Below, piece by piece: positions 25,241-34,091 of a stretch of 64,000 nucleotides of DNA. The notes under the pieces are model-generated. The model searched no databases and was not told the origin of the DNA. It saw only the letters and a list, made by a program, of their open reading frames with translations. How positions within the stretch are numbered: the stretch's first letter is position 1; every line of letters begins with the position of its first letter. The DNA comes from Actinomycetes bacterium (GTDB lineage: Bacteria; Actinomycetota; Acidimicrobiia; Acidimicrobiales; Bog-793): the NCBI GenBank assembly GCA_021797795.1, contig JAJZZB010000004.1, forward strand, positions 6,791-70,790, in the 5' to 3' direction. A program made the position numbers and the translations under genes.

Positions 25241-27217
25241 TCAGTCCGGGCGGTACCGGTGCAGTGCCCGCTCGGCGGCATGCCCGGGCACCTGCCTCAG
25301 CTCCGGCGGGGAGAGCACCTCGGTCCCCGGCCCGAGCCGGAGCAGCAGTCGTCCGAACCAGCCCTCGGCGTCGCCGACCAGGATGTCGGCGGCGAGGCGG
25401 CCGTCGGACAGCTGCTCGATCGGCGAGGCTGCGACCTGGTCCACCCCGAGCTCGGAGGCGGGCGGGAACGCGATGCGGGCCTTCACGGTGTTCGGGCCCC
25501 CGAGGAACGCGAAGGGGCCGGCGAGCGCCTCGTCGAGCGACTCGGGCGACTCGAAGGAGACGCCCGTGCCACGACAGCTCGTGACCCGGTCGACCTGGAA
25601 TCGGCGGAGGTCACCGACGAGGTGGCAGAACCCGTCGAGGTACCAGCGACCCTCCCGCAGCACCACCTGATAGGGGTCGACCTGGCGGAGCGTCGCCTCG
25701 GTCGCGGAGCCAGAGAAGTACCCGATCTCCACCCGCTCGCGGAGATGGGCCGCCTCCTGCAGCTCGCGCAGGTGTGCGGGCTCGGGCACCTCCATCGAGA
25801 AGCGGGACTCGCCGAGCACCGACTCGAGCTTGGCGAGCGCCGAGCGCAGCGCACCCTCCTCGTCGGCCCCGGCGACCTCGAGGAGTGCCTTGGCGGCCGC
25901 CGCCAGGGCAAAGCCCTCCTCTGGGCTGAGGCGGCGGGGCCGGGCGAGGTGGCCGAGGCCGAAGGCCGACACCCTGTCCCCTTCGACGATGAGCTCGATC
26001 AGCTGGTCGGGGGTGTAGGGCGGCACGCCGCAGCAGGCCGCCAGCTCGAGGTCGTGGACGAGCTCCTCCTCGCTCATCTCGAAGCGCCGGGCGAGGTCGC
26101 CGATCTCGGCCTCCTGCACTCGGGCGAGGTGGACGAGCACGGCGAGCAACCGGCGTAGGCGCGCACCGGCGACGGGCACCGCCGAGGCGCCGGCGAGGCG
26201 CCGGCGCGTGCCACCGGCCTCGCCGGAGCTGGTGCTCGTCACCTGCGGGGGCTCCCCGCCGGGCGCCGTCGGCCCGCCCGCCATGGCCGAGAGCCGGGCG
26301 ACGACCGCTTCTCTCAACGGTGCCGGCGCCCTCACGACGGCTGCGTCCCCGAGTCCGGCCGCCCAGGAGACGAAGGCGTCCTCGTCGCCGACGGCAAGGT
26401 GGAGAACGACGCCGCCCTCGTCAGTCCAGCGGGCGACGGCGGATCCGGGGACGAGCGACGCCACCTGCCGGGCGAGGCGGGGGTCGATCTCGACCTCGGC
26501 CATGGGATGGGCATCCACCGGGTCGCCACCGAAGGGAAGGAGGTTGATCTCCGCTCCGAGGTCGAAGTCCGGCGGCGGCTCGAAGCCACCCGGCTCGCCG
26601 AGCACCGGCTCGCTCTCGAAGCGGTCGACCCGGAAGGTGCGCATGGCGCCTCCCTCGCCGCTCGTGCGGTCGCGGGCGACGAGGTACCAGGCGGCCTGGC
26701 GGAAGGTGAGCCCGTACGGCTCGACCTCGCGCCCACGGCCGTGGTAGCCAAAGCTCAGCGTGGCGGCCCGCCTCAGCGCCTCGTGCACGGCTCCGAGCGC
26801 CGGCACCGAGGGCAGGACGGCGATCGGCGCGTCGAGGCGCGTGCCGAGCCCGTGGCCGAGGGTGGACAGGGCGTCCTTCCCGGCGCTGCCACCGAGCTTC
26901 ACGGCTGCCACGGCGAAGGCGAGGGCCGTGGCCTCGGTGTCGTCGAGGCCGAGCTCGGGGAGGTAGTAGTCCTCGGGCCGGACGAGGTAGCCGATCTGCT
27001 CCTCGGCCTCGATGGGCGCCGTCGCCACCGGCACGCCGAGCTCGCGAAGCGCCCGCTTGTCCCGTTCGAAGGCCTGGCGGGCCGTCTCCTTGCCCTCCGG
27101 GTAGCCCTGCACCTTCTCGCGGATCTCGCGCAGCGACAGCGGCCGCTCGGTGTCGAGCAGCACGAGCATCAAGTTGGTGAGCCGCTCGAGGCGGTCGTGA
27201 CGCGGGGGCGGGGGCAC
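25241..27217 (-). CDS. pafBC: fused PafB-PafC-type HTH-WYL-WCX transcriptional regulator
   Basis: There are two tandem HTH+WYL units. Unit 1: RLERLTNLMLVLLDTERPLSLREIREKV .. FRQAAWYLVARD. Unit 2: RLRRLLAVLVHLARVQEAEIGDLARRFEMSEEELVHDL .. VVLREGRWYLDGFC. GTG start. Confidence 0.75.
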   Translation of the reverse strand: MPPPPRHDRLERLTNLMLVLLDTERPLSLREIREKVQGYPEGKETARQAFERDKRALRELGVPVATAPIEAEEQIGYLVRPEDYYLPELGLDDTEATALAFAVAAVKLGGSAGKDALSTLGHGLGTRLDAPIAVLPSVPALGAVHEALRRAATLSFGYHGRGREVEPYGLTFRQAAWYLVARDRTSGEGGAMRTFRVDRFESEPVLGEPGGFEPPPDFDLGAEINLLPFGGDPVDAHPMAEVEIDPRLARQVASLVPGSAVARWTDEGGVVLHLAVGDEDAFVSWAAGLGDAAVVRAPAPLREAVVARLSAMAGGPTAPGGEPPQVTSTSSGEAGGTRRRLAGASAVPVAGARLRRLLAVLVHLARVQEAEIGDLARRFEMSEEELVHDLELAACCGVPPYTPDQLIELIVEGDRVSAFGLGHLARPRRLSPEEGFALAAAAKALLEVAGADEEGALRSALAKLESVLGESRFSMEVPEPAHLRELQEAAHLRERVEIGYFSGSATEATLRQVDPYQVVLREGRWYLDGFCHLVGDLRRFQVDRVTSCRGTGVSFESPESLDEALAGPFAFLGGPNTVKARIAFPPASELGVDQVAASPIEQLSDGRLAADILVGDAEGWFGRLLLRLGPGTEVLSPPELRQVPGHAAERALHRYRPD

Positions 27218-27258
27218 GAGGCGATGGTACGCGGGCCGCGCCGGGACTTGTGGCGGGC

Positions 27259-27897
27259 TCAGGCCCCGAAGGGTGCCTCCTGCACGCGGGCGACCGCCCC
27301 CTCGTCACCATCGAGCTGCACCCTGGCGACGCGGCCCCGCCCGAACAGGTAGAGGACGAGCTCCTGGGGGCCGGCCGTCATCGTGACGAGCGGTTCGCCC
27401 GAGCGGGCGGTCACCGAGCCGAAGCCGGGCGCCACGAGCACGAGGCCGGCCCCCCGCAGCTTGCGGGCGAGGAGCCGGGCGCCACGGCGCAGCGCTCTCC
27501 ACAAGGCGGCGTCGAGGGCGGCGTCCTCTCTCGGCTCGGCGGCCGTCGGCCCTGCCCGGAGGACGTCCTCGTGGTGGACGAAGTACTCGACGGTGTTCAT
27601 CTGCTCGTCGAGCGGCCGGACGAGTGCCGGCGGCCCCGAGGCGAGGCGCCGGATGAGCTCCTCGTAGCCGAGGGAGCGCTTCGCCTCGTCCATCGCCGAC
27701 TGCGTCGTGGCCTTCAGCTGGGGAACGAGGATGCCGGCGGCGGCGACCGGCCGGCGCTCGCGGATGTACAGGTGGGCCGCCAGGTCGGCGGTCGTCCAGC
27801 CCTCGCAGAGCGTCGGAGCGAGCGGCCCGCGCTGGTCGAGCAGGCTGCACAGGGCGGCCCGCTCCGACTGGGCGATGGAAGATGGCGTGGGCGGCAT
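27259..27897 (-). CDS. TIGR03085-like / mycothiol-dependent maleylpyruvate isomerase (DinB superfamily) protein
   Basis: This is the last 212 aa of track ORF 27259-29193, from ATG 27897. Motifs: ERAALCSLLDQRGPLAPTLCEGWTTADLAAHL .. TVEYFVHHEDV. Confidence 0.7.
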   Translation of the reverse strand: MPPTPSSIAQSERAALCSLLDQRGPLAPTLCEGWTTADLAAHLYIRERRPVAAAGILVPQLKATTQSAMDEAKRSLGYEELIRRLASGPPALVRPLDEQMNTVEYFVHHEDVLRAGPTAAEPREDAALDAALWRALRRGARLLARKLRGAGLVLVAPGFGSVTARSGEPLVTMTAGPQELVLYLFGRGRVARVQLDGDEGAVARVQEAPFGA

Positions 27898-27984
27898 GGT
27901 CGTCCCTTCTCGCAGGCGGCCCTGTTGGACGAGCGGGCGCCGTCTCACCGTAGCGGTGCCGTCGGCGCGATAGACCTTGCCTCC

Positions 27985-28713
27985 ATGGCTGAACCACAGA
28001 TCCTCGCCACGAGCGGCGGGATGGTGCCGAGCGGGCGCGGTCAGTTCCAGTGGCGCTTCGGGGGGCTGCTCCGCTACGCGCTCGAGCTCTCCGGCGCCGA
28101 TCGGCCGAAGCTCTGCTTCCTCAACACCGCCACCGGCGACGACGACGCCCGGCTCCTCGCCTGTTACGGGGCGGCCGCCGGCGAACCGGTCGAGGCGAGC
28201 CATGTGGCGCTCTTCCCCATGCCGAACGTCGAGGACCTCCGGGCCCACCTGCTCGCCCAGGACGTGATCTGGGTTGGCGGCGGCTCGGTGGCCAACCTGC
28301 TCGCCCTCTGGCGGGTCCACGGGCTCGACGCCGTCCTCGGGGAGGCCTTCGAGCGCGGCGTCGTGCTTGCCGGCGTGAGTGCCGGCTCGCTGTGCTGGCA
28401 CACCGGCGGCACGACGGACTCCTTCGGGCCGGAGCTCAGCCCCGTGACGAACGGCCTCGGCCTCGTCCCCTACGGCAACGGCGTCCACTACGACTCCGAG
28501 CCACAACGCCGTCCCCTCCTCCAGCATCTCGTCGCCACGGGTGTGCTCCCGCGCTCGTACGCCACCGAGGACGGCGTCGGGCTGCACTACGTCGGCTCGG
28601 AGATGCGCGAGGCGGTCACCGAGCTGCCGGGTCGCCGCGCCTACCGGCTCGAGTCCGACGGCAACGGAGGGGTCGTCGAGACCGCGCTCTCGACCCGGCT
28701 GCTCGACTACTGA
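27985..28713 (+). CDS. peptidase E / S51 family dipeptidase
   Basis: ATG 27985 within ORF 27250-28713. Motifs: ILATSGG .. KLCFLNTATGD .. IWVGGGSVANLLALW .. LAGVSAGSLCW (nucleophile Ser context). Confidence 0.8.
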   Translation: MAEPQILATSGGMVPSGRGQFQWRFGGLLRYALELSGADRPKLCFLNTATGDDDARLLACYGAAAGEPVEASHVALFPMPNVEDLRAHLLAQDVIWVGGGSVANLLALWRVHGLDAVLGEAFERGVVLAGVSAGSLCWHTGGTTDSFGPELSPVTNGLGLVPYGNGVHYDSEPQRRPLLQHLVATGVLPRSYATEDGVGLHYVGSEMREAVTELPGRRAYRLESDGNGGVVETALSTRLLDY

Positions 28714-29228
28714 GCGCCGCCGTCCACCCGGCGCTCGTGGTCGAGAAGCCACTGCTTCAGCTCGAGTCCGCCGGCGTAGCCGACGAGCCGGCCGTTCGAA
28801 CCGATGACGCGATGGCACGGGAGCACGATCGGAAGCGGGTTCCGCCCGTTCGCCGCCCCGACCGCCCGCACCGCGCTCGGGCGGCCGACCCGCGTCGCCT
28901 GGGCTGCGTAGGTGGAGGTTCTGGCGTACGGGATCTCGCCGAGGGCGAACCATGCCGCCCGTTGGAAGGCGGTCCCGGCAGGATCGAGCGCAAGCTCGAA
29001 CTGCCGCCGCTCGCCGGCGAAGTACTCCCTCAGCTGATCCTCCGCCACCGCCAGCGCCGCCGGCCTCGCCTCGAGAGCCCGGTCGAGACGGGGGCGGGCC
29101 TCGGCCGCCAGACCGGGGAGCAGGACCTGGTGGAGCGCGGTCTCGGTCCCGACGAGCACCATCGTGCCGACCGGCGTCTCGAGCGTCCACCACAGGTCAC
29201 GCTCCGCCAGAACCCCGACCGTCGTCAT
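28707..29228 (-). CDS. ogt: methylated-DNA--protein-cysteine methyltransferase
   Basis: Active-site motif LPCHRVIGSNGRLVGYAGG preceded by VGAANGRNPLPIV. The ATG overlaps the upstream stop (ATGA). Confidence 0.9.
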   Translation of the reverse strand: MTTVGVLAERDLWWTLETPVGTMVLVGTETALHQVLLPGLAAEARPRLDRALEARPAALAVAEDQLREYFAGERRQFELALDPAGTAFQRAAWFALGEIPYARTSTYAAQATRVGRPSAVRAVGAANGRNPLPIVLPCHRVIGSNGRLVGYAGGLELKQWLLDHERRVDGGAQ

Positions 29229-30724
29229 GCCACGTCCTCCTTGTCCTCGGGTCGGCCGGCTTCGAGCGAGGCGGCCCAGAGATGCTGCACGCCGTAGGCC
29301 CGGTACGGACGCCAGCGCTCCGCCAGCGCGAGCGACGACCGGGGATCGGCCCGTCGGCCGAGGCGCTCCAGCGCCCGGCGCACCCCGAGATCGCTCGGCA
29401 GGTAGGCGTCGGGGTCCGACAGCGCTCGCATGCGGATGTAGGCGACGGTCCAGGGCCCGATGCCCGGGATCGCGAGCAACCGGGCCGAGACGACCTCGCG
29501 GTCGGCTCCGGGTCGCAGATCCACCTCGCCGCCCGCCACGGCCGCCGCCAGTGAGACGATCGCCCGCCCTCGTCCGGACGGGACGGCGAAGGCCGCCGGC
29601 GGCAGCTCTGCGATCGCCTCGGCAGAAGGGAAGAGCCGTACGGGACCGGTCTCGGCGCCAAAGCGCTCGGGAAGCGGCTCGCCGTGTGCCGCCGCCAGGC
29701 GGCCGGCGAGCGTCCTCGCGCCGGCGACGCTCACCTGCTGGCCGAGGAGCGCCCGCACAGCGAGCTCGCTGCCGTCGACGTGGCCGGGAACCCTGAGGCC
29801 TGCCAGGGCGACCACGCTCGAAGCGACAAGCGGGTCGGCCGACAGCACCTCGGCAACGGCTTCCGGATCTGCATCGGCGTCGAACAGGTGGCGGAGCCGG
29901 GCCATTGCCGTCGTCAGATCCCTCAGGTCCGACAGCTGGAGCCGGGCCGTGAGGAACGGCTCGTCTCCCCGGGGCGCGAGGACCTCGGCGACGGCCGGGC
30001 CGTGTGGCAAGGCGAGCGATCGCCGGTAGCGCGAGGAGTCTCCGGCTTCCACCCCGGGCACCGCCCGTCTCGCGAGGAACGAGAACAGGGGCGTCGCCGC
30101 GTACGGGCGACGGAACGCGAGCCGCAGCGTCAACGTCCCGGCGGGCGCGGGCGCGGCGGTGGGCCGCCTCGCCCGGGCCCGCAGGGAGAGGGGAGGTTCG
30201 TCGAAGACGGCCCGCACGGTGGCGTTGAACTGCCGGACGCTGCCGAAGCCGGCAGCGAAGGCCACCTCGGCCGCTCGGAGCTCTGTCGTCTCGAGCAGCA
30301 GCCGGGCGGTCTGGGCCCGCTGGGCGCGGGCGAGCTCGAGTGCCCCCGCTCCGACCTCCGCGACGAGGAGGCGGTTCAGTTGACGCGTGCTGTAGCCGAG
30401 GTGGGACGCGAGGCCGGCCACCCCGTCACGATCGACGACCCCGTCGGCGAGGTCGCGCATCGCCCGTGCCACCACGTCGCCGCGGCGGTTCCACTCGGGC
30501 GAGCCGGGCGATGCGTCGGGTCGGCAGCGCTTGCACGCACGGAACCCGGACCGCTGGGCGGCCGCCGCCGTCGGGAAGTACCGGAGGTGCTCGCGCCGCG
30601 CCGGCGTCGATGCGCAGCTCGGGCGGCAGTAGATGCCAGTCGAGGTCACCGCCACGAAGAACCAGCCGTCGAAGCGGGCGTCGCGGCTGCGCACCGCCCG
30701 GAACCAGAGCTCGTGATCTCCCAC
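29225..30724 (-). CDS. alkA: Ada N-terminal (Zn, AraC-HTH) - AlkA DNA-3-methyladenine glycosylase II fusion
   Basis: GTG 30724 within track ORF 29225-31348. Ada Zn-Cys motif: YCRPSCASTPARREHLRYF .. GFRACKRCRP. AraC HTH: GYSTRQLNRLL .. GFGSVRQFN. The C-terminal HhH-GPD glycosylase has IPGIGPWTVAYI. Confidence 0.85.
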   Translation of the reverse strand: MGDHELWFRAVRSRDARFDGWFFVAVTSTGIYCRPSCASTPARREHLRYFPTAAAAQRSGFRACKRCRPDASPGSPEWNRRGDVVARAMRDLADGVVDRDGVAGLASHLGYSTRQLNRLLVAEVGAGALELARAQRAQTARLLLETTELRAAEVAFAAGFGSVRQFNATVRAVFDEPPLSLRARARRPTAAPAPAGTLTLRLAFRRPYAATPLFSFLARRAVPGVEAGDSSRYRRSLALPHGPAVAEVLAPRGDEPFLTARLQLSDLRDLTTAMARLRHLFDADADPEAVAEVLSADPLVASSVVALAGLRVPGHVDGSELAVRALLGQQVSVAGARTLAGRLAAAHGEPLPERFGAETGPVRLFPSAEAIAELPPAAFAVPSGRGRAIVSLAAAVAGGEVDLRPGADREVVSARLLAIPGIGPWTVAYIRMRALSDPDAYLPSDLGVRRALERLGRRADPRSSLALAERWRPYRAYGVQHLWAASLEAGRPEDKEDVA

Positions 30725-30811
30725 CCGGCCAGTATCCCAGCGGGCGGGCCGGGGAGCTGGCGGGAATCGGACATGCGGTTCGCCCGGTGCGACCAGGGGT
30801 AGGGCGCGACG

Positions 30812-31201
30812 ATGGAACGCGAGACGATCAAGCACGGCGCCCGCGAGGACGACGACCTCGCCCGTAGCGTCGAGGGCCTCGTGCGAGGTGCGCCGGTCGA
30901 ACCGAGGTCCGAGGAGAGCCGCCGGGCCGAGGACCCCGGCGGCGACGCCGAGCTCCAGGCGGGGCTGCGGCCCGACGTCCGCTCCGCCGGCGAGCTCGAC
31001 GAGCTCGACCTCGAGCACCGGACGGAGCTCGCCAGGCTGCTGACCGGCCTCCACTACCCGGCGAGCAGGCAGGAGATCGTCGCCCTGGCCGAGCGGAACG
31101 GGGCCGGCGACGAGCTCGGCGAACGCCTCCGCCGGCTGCCCGGTGGACGCTTCGACCTGCTCGAGGCGATCTGGGAGGCCTTGGGCGGCCAGCCGGACTG
31201 A
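30812..31201 (+). CDS. DUF2795 domain protein
   Basis: The C-terminal LTGLHYPASRQEIVALAERNGAGDELGERLRRLPGGRFDLLEAIWEAL matches the DUF2795 pattern. GC3 periodicity is good. Confidence 0.6.
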   Translation: MERETIKHGAREDDDLARSVEGLVRGAPVEPRSEESRRAEDPGGDAELQAGLRPDVRSAGELDELDLEHRTELARLLTGLHYPASRQEIVALAERNGAGDELGERLRRLPGGRFDLLEAIWEALGGQPD

Positions 31202-31203
31202 GC

Positions 31204-31800
31204 TCAGGCGAGGTGGCGCACGACCGCTGCCACCCGATCGAGTGCGTCGAGGCGGGGACGCATGACGGCGGAGGCCTCCTGCCACACAGGACGGGTCGGC
31301 TCCCTGCCCGAGCAGGGCTTGAACTCGCTGTGGGCGAGGCCGGGGCACAGGGGCTCACCCTCGCCCGGTCCGGCGCCGCTCCTCGTAGGGCACACCGGTG
31401 AACTGGAGCACGAAGCGTTCGTGACCGAATAGACGGCCTCGCCCGGCACGGGCTGGAATGCCGCCACCGACGAGACGTTCACCACGGCGCCGCCTCGCCG
31501 CTCGAAGCATGCGTCCTTCGAGGCGGGGGTCCGCTCGGCGCGCGGGGCGATGTTCGGGAGGACGACCTCGAGGTACTCGCTCGGGGGGTGCCGGCGAACT
31601 CGCCGTCGGACCCCCGTCCGGCGTTGTTGGCAGCGCGTCGATCGTCGGCACCGGGGCGAGCCGGGTGGCGACTTCGCCCACCGCCTCTTCGGTGAGGTGC
31701 GGCGAGGAGAACCTCGGCGGCGGCCCTGCGCGAGAGGTCGTGGGCCGCTTCCCGAGGCCGGGCGCGTCACTGGTGACGAGGAGGAGATCCCCCCGCCGCG
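31204..31800 (-). pseudogene. short-chain dehydrogenase/reductase (SDR) pseudogene, pieces in three frames
   Basis: SDR segments occur in order but in different minus frames. First: LLLVTSDAPGLGK, a damaged TGxxxGxG. Then: GGAVVNVSSVAAFQPVPGEAVYS. Then: FVLQFTGVPYEE. Then: LCPGLAHSEF .. RLDALDRVAAVV*. Confidence 0.6.
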
Positions 31801-31921
31801 CCGGCCGCGCGGCCGGTGCCGACCAAGGCACCGGCGGCGAGGAGACGCTCACGCCTCGGGTCGGCCACCGAGCTGGCGCTGCCGGTGACGCGTCGGCCCT
31901 CCACCGTGCAACGCTACGGGC

Positions 31922-33322
31922 ATGCCCCTTCACGCCAACGAGACCGCGCCGGAGCGTGCCTTCGAGCCGGTCGCCGTCCGTCCCCAGTTCGCGCAGGCCC
32001 TGGAGACCGGGGAGGTACCGAAGTACGCCCTCGCCGACGACCCGATGCCTGCGTCGACCGCCTATCAGATCATCCACGACGAGCTCATGCTCGACGGCAA
32101 CGCCCGGCTCAATCTCGCCACCTTCGTCACCACCTGGATGGAGCCGGAAGCACGCCAGCTCATGGCCGAGTGCGCCGACAAGAACATGATCGACAAGGAC
32201 GAGTACCCCCAGACCGCCGAGCTCGAGCGCCGCTGCGTCAACATCCTGGCCCGCCTGTGGCATGCCGACGAGAGCGAGGAGGCGACCGGCTGCTCGACGG
32301 CCGGCTCGAGCGAGGCGTGCATGCTCGGCGGCTTGGCCCTCAAGTGGCGCTGGCGGAGCCGGCGCCGCCAGCAGGGGCTCGGGTCCGACCGGCCGAACCT
32401 CGTCATGGGCGCCAATGTCCAGGTCTGCTGGGAGAAGTTCTGCCGCTACTTCGACGTCGAGGCGCGCCTCGTCGACGTGGGCCCGGAGGTGGCCCATCTC
32501 ACCGCCGAGAAAGCGGCCGCCCACTGTGACGAGAACACGATCGGCGTCGTGGCGGTCCTCGGTTCGACCTACGACGGCGCCTACGAGCCCGTGAAGGAGA
32601 TCTGTGACGCCCTCGACTCGCTGGCCGGCGCGGGCGGGCCGGACGTGCCCGTCCACGTCGACGGGGCGAGCGGGGCCATGATCGCCCCCTTCGTCGACGA
32701 GGACCTCGAGTGGGACTTCCGCCTACCCCGCGTCCAGTCGATCAACACCTCTGGCCACAAGTACGGGCTCGTCTACCCCGGCGTCGGCTGGGTCGTCTGG
32801 CGCGACGCGTCCGCCCTGCCCAGCGAGCTCGTCTTCAACGTCAACTACCTCGGGGGGGAGATGCCCACCTTCGCGCTCAACTTCTCCCGCCCGGGCGCCC
32901 ATGTGGTCAGCCAGTACTTCAACTTCCTCCGCCTCGGCCGGCGTGGCTACACCGAGGTGCAGTCCGCCTGCCGCCAGACCGCCGACTGGCTCGCCGGCGA
33001 GATCGCCGCGATGGACGAGTACGAGCTGATCCCACGCCGGGGCGGGATCCCGGTGTTCGCCTTCACGACGACGCCGGCGACCACCTTCAGCGTCTACGAG
33101 GTCTCCGAGGTGCTGCGCGGGCAGGGGTGGCTCGTCCCCGCCTATGCGATGCCGCCGGGGATGGACAACGTCTCGGTGCTGAGGGTGGTCGTGCGCAACG
33201 GCTTCTCGCGCGACCTCGCCGAGATGCTCCTCGCCAACCTCAAGACGGTCACGCAGCGCCTCGGTTCGGGAGCCGCCGTCCGAGCGACCGGCGCGGCCGA
33301 GCACACCGCCTTCCACCACTGA
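31922..33322 (+). CDS. gadB: glutamate decarboxylase (PLP-dependent)
   Basis: Motifs: IIHDELMLDGNARLNLATFVTTWMEPEA, MIDKDEYPQTAELERRCVNILARLWH, and INTSGHKYGLVYPGVGWVVWRD (PLP lysine). Confidence 0.9.
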   Translation: MPLHANETAPERAFEPVAVRPQFAQALETGEVPKYALADDPMPASTAYQIIHDELMLDGNARLNLATFVTTWMEPEARQLMAECADKNMIDKDEYPQTAELERRCVNILARLWHADESEEATGCSTAGSSEACMLGGLALKWRWRSRRRQQGLGSDRPNLVMGANVQVCWEKFCRYFDVEARLVDVGPEVAHLTAEKAAAHCDENTIGVVAVLGSTYDGAYEPVKEICDALDSLAGAGGPDVPVHVDGASGAMIAPFVDEDLEWDFRLPRVQSINTSGHKYGLVYPGVGWVVWRDASALPSELVFNVNYLGGEMPTFALNFSRPGAHVVSQYFNFLRLGRRGYTEVQSACRQTADWLAGEIAAMDEYELIPRRGGIPVFAFTTTPATTFSVYEVSEVLRGQGWLVPAYAMPPGMDNVSVLRVVVRNGFSRDLAEMLLANLKTVTQRLGSGAAVRATGAAEHTAFHH

Positions 33323-33348
33323 TCGGAAGGCGGCGGGCGAGCGGGTGG

Positions 33349-34008
33349 CTAGGCCGCCACCTGCTCGCCTCGCACGGTCACCGGACGGCTCGCCGGGAGG
33401 TCGCGCCGGGCCAGCATGGCGATCCCCATCGCCATGCCACCGAGGACGGCGAGCACCACGCCGGGGCCGAGGTCGTAGCCGATCCAGTACACGAGCTCGG
33501 TGGTCGTGCCCGCAGGCCGGATCGAGGGCACCCCTTCGAGCACTCGCCAGGCGAGCGGGCTGATGACGAGCCACGAGCCGCAGCAGGCGACGATGAAGCC
33601 CTCCCACGTCGGCCCGAGACGGCTCATCCCGGTGCGGGCCATCGGCGCCAGGGCGAGCATCGTCATCCCGAAGACGACGGCCACGGCGCCAGGGACGAGC
33701 CAGACGAGCGCGTGCTCGAGGTTCCAGGTCCACGCCGGGGTACCGGTCGCGTTGTAGCCGAAGAGGGGGCCGACGAAGGGGACGATCCCCGCCCAGGCCC
33801 CGACGAGCAGCGTGAGCAGACCCACGGTCCCGAGGCTCACCCCGGCCCCGGGGTTGACCACCGCCGGTGCCATGCCGGTCGAGGCGACCCTGCTCGGGTT
33901 GGCGACCGAACCTCCACCCCCTCCGACTGGCTGATCGAAGGCCGGGTCCTCCACGAGCGTGGACCCCGGCCTGTGCGGCTCGAACTCATGACGTGACCTT
34001 GCAAACAC
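33349..34008 (-). CDS. hypothetical membrane protein
   Basis: GTG 34008 is preceded by GGAGG with a 7-nt spacer. There are four or more hydrophobic spans (GLLTLLVGAWAGIVPFVG, LVWLVPGAVAVVFGMTMLAL, ...). I recognise no family. Confidence 0.6.
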   Translation of the reverse strand: MFARSRHEFEPHRPGSTLVEDPAFDQPVGGGGGSVANPSRVASTGMAPAVVNPGAGVSLGTVGLLTLLVGAWAGIVPFVGPLFGYNATGTPAWTWNLEHALVWLVPGAVAVVFGMTMLALAPMARTGMSRLGPTWEGFIVACCGSWLVISPLAWRVLEGVPSIRPAGTTTELVYWIGYDLGPGVVLAVLGGMAMGIAMLARRDLPASRPVTVRGEQVAA

Positions 34009-34091
34009 GTTTTGACCTCCTTGGCGTCCGACCAGCCACCCGGACCGCTCGACGACGTGGCGCCGAGTCCGGGAGCGGGTATCGGGCACGT

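Noticed and set aside
27259-29193. A 644-aa minus ORF and a 487-aa plus ORF (27250-28713) covering the same region
   Set aside because: Each is a composite. Only the last 212 aa of the minus ORF (DinB/TIGR03085-like) and the last 242 aa of the plus ORF (peptidase E) look like real proteins. The remainder is antisense read-through.
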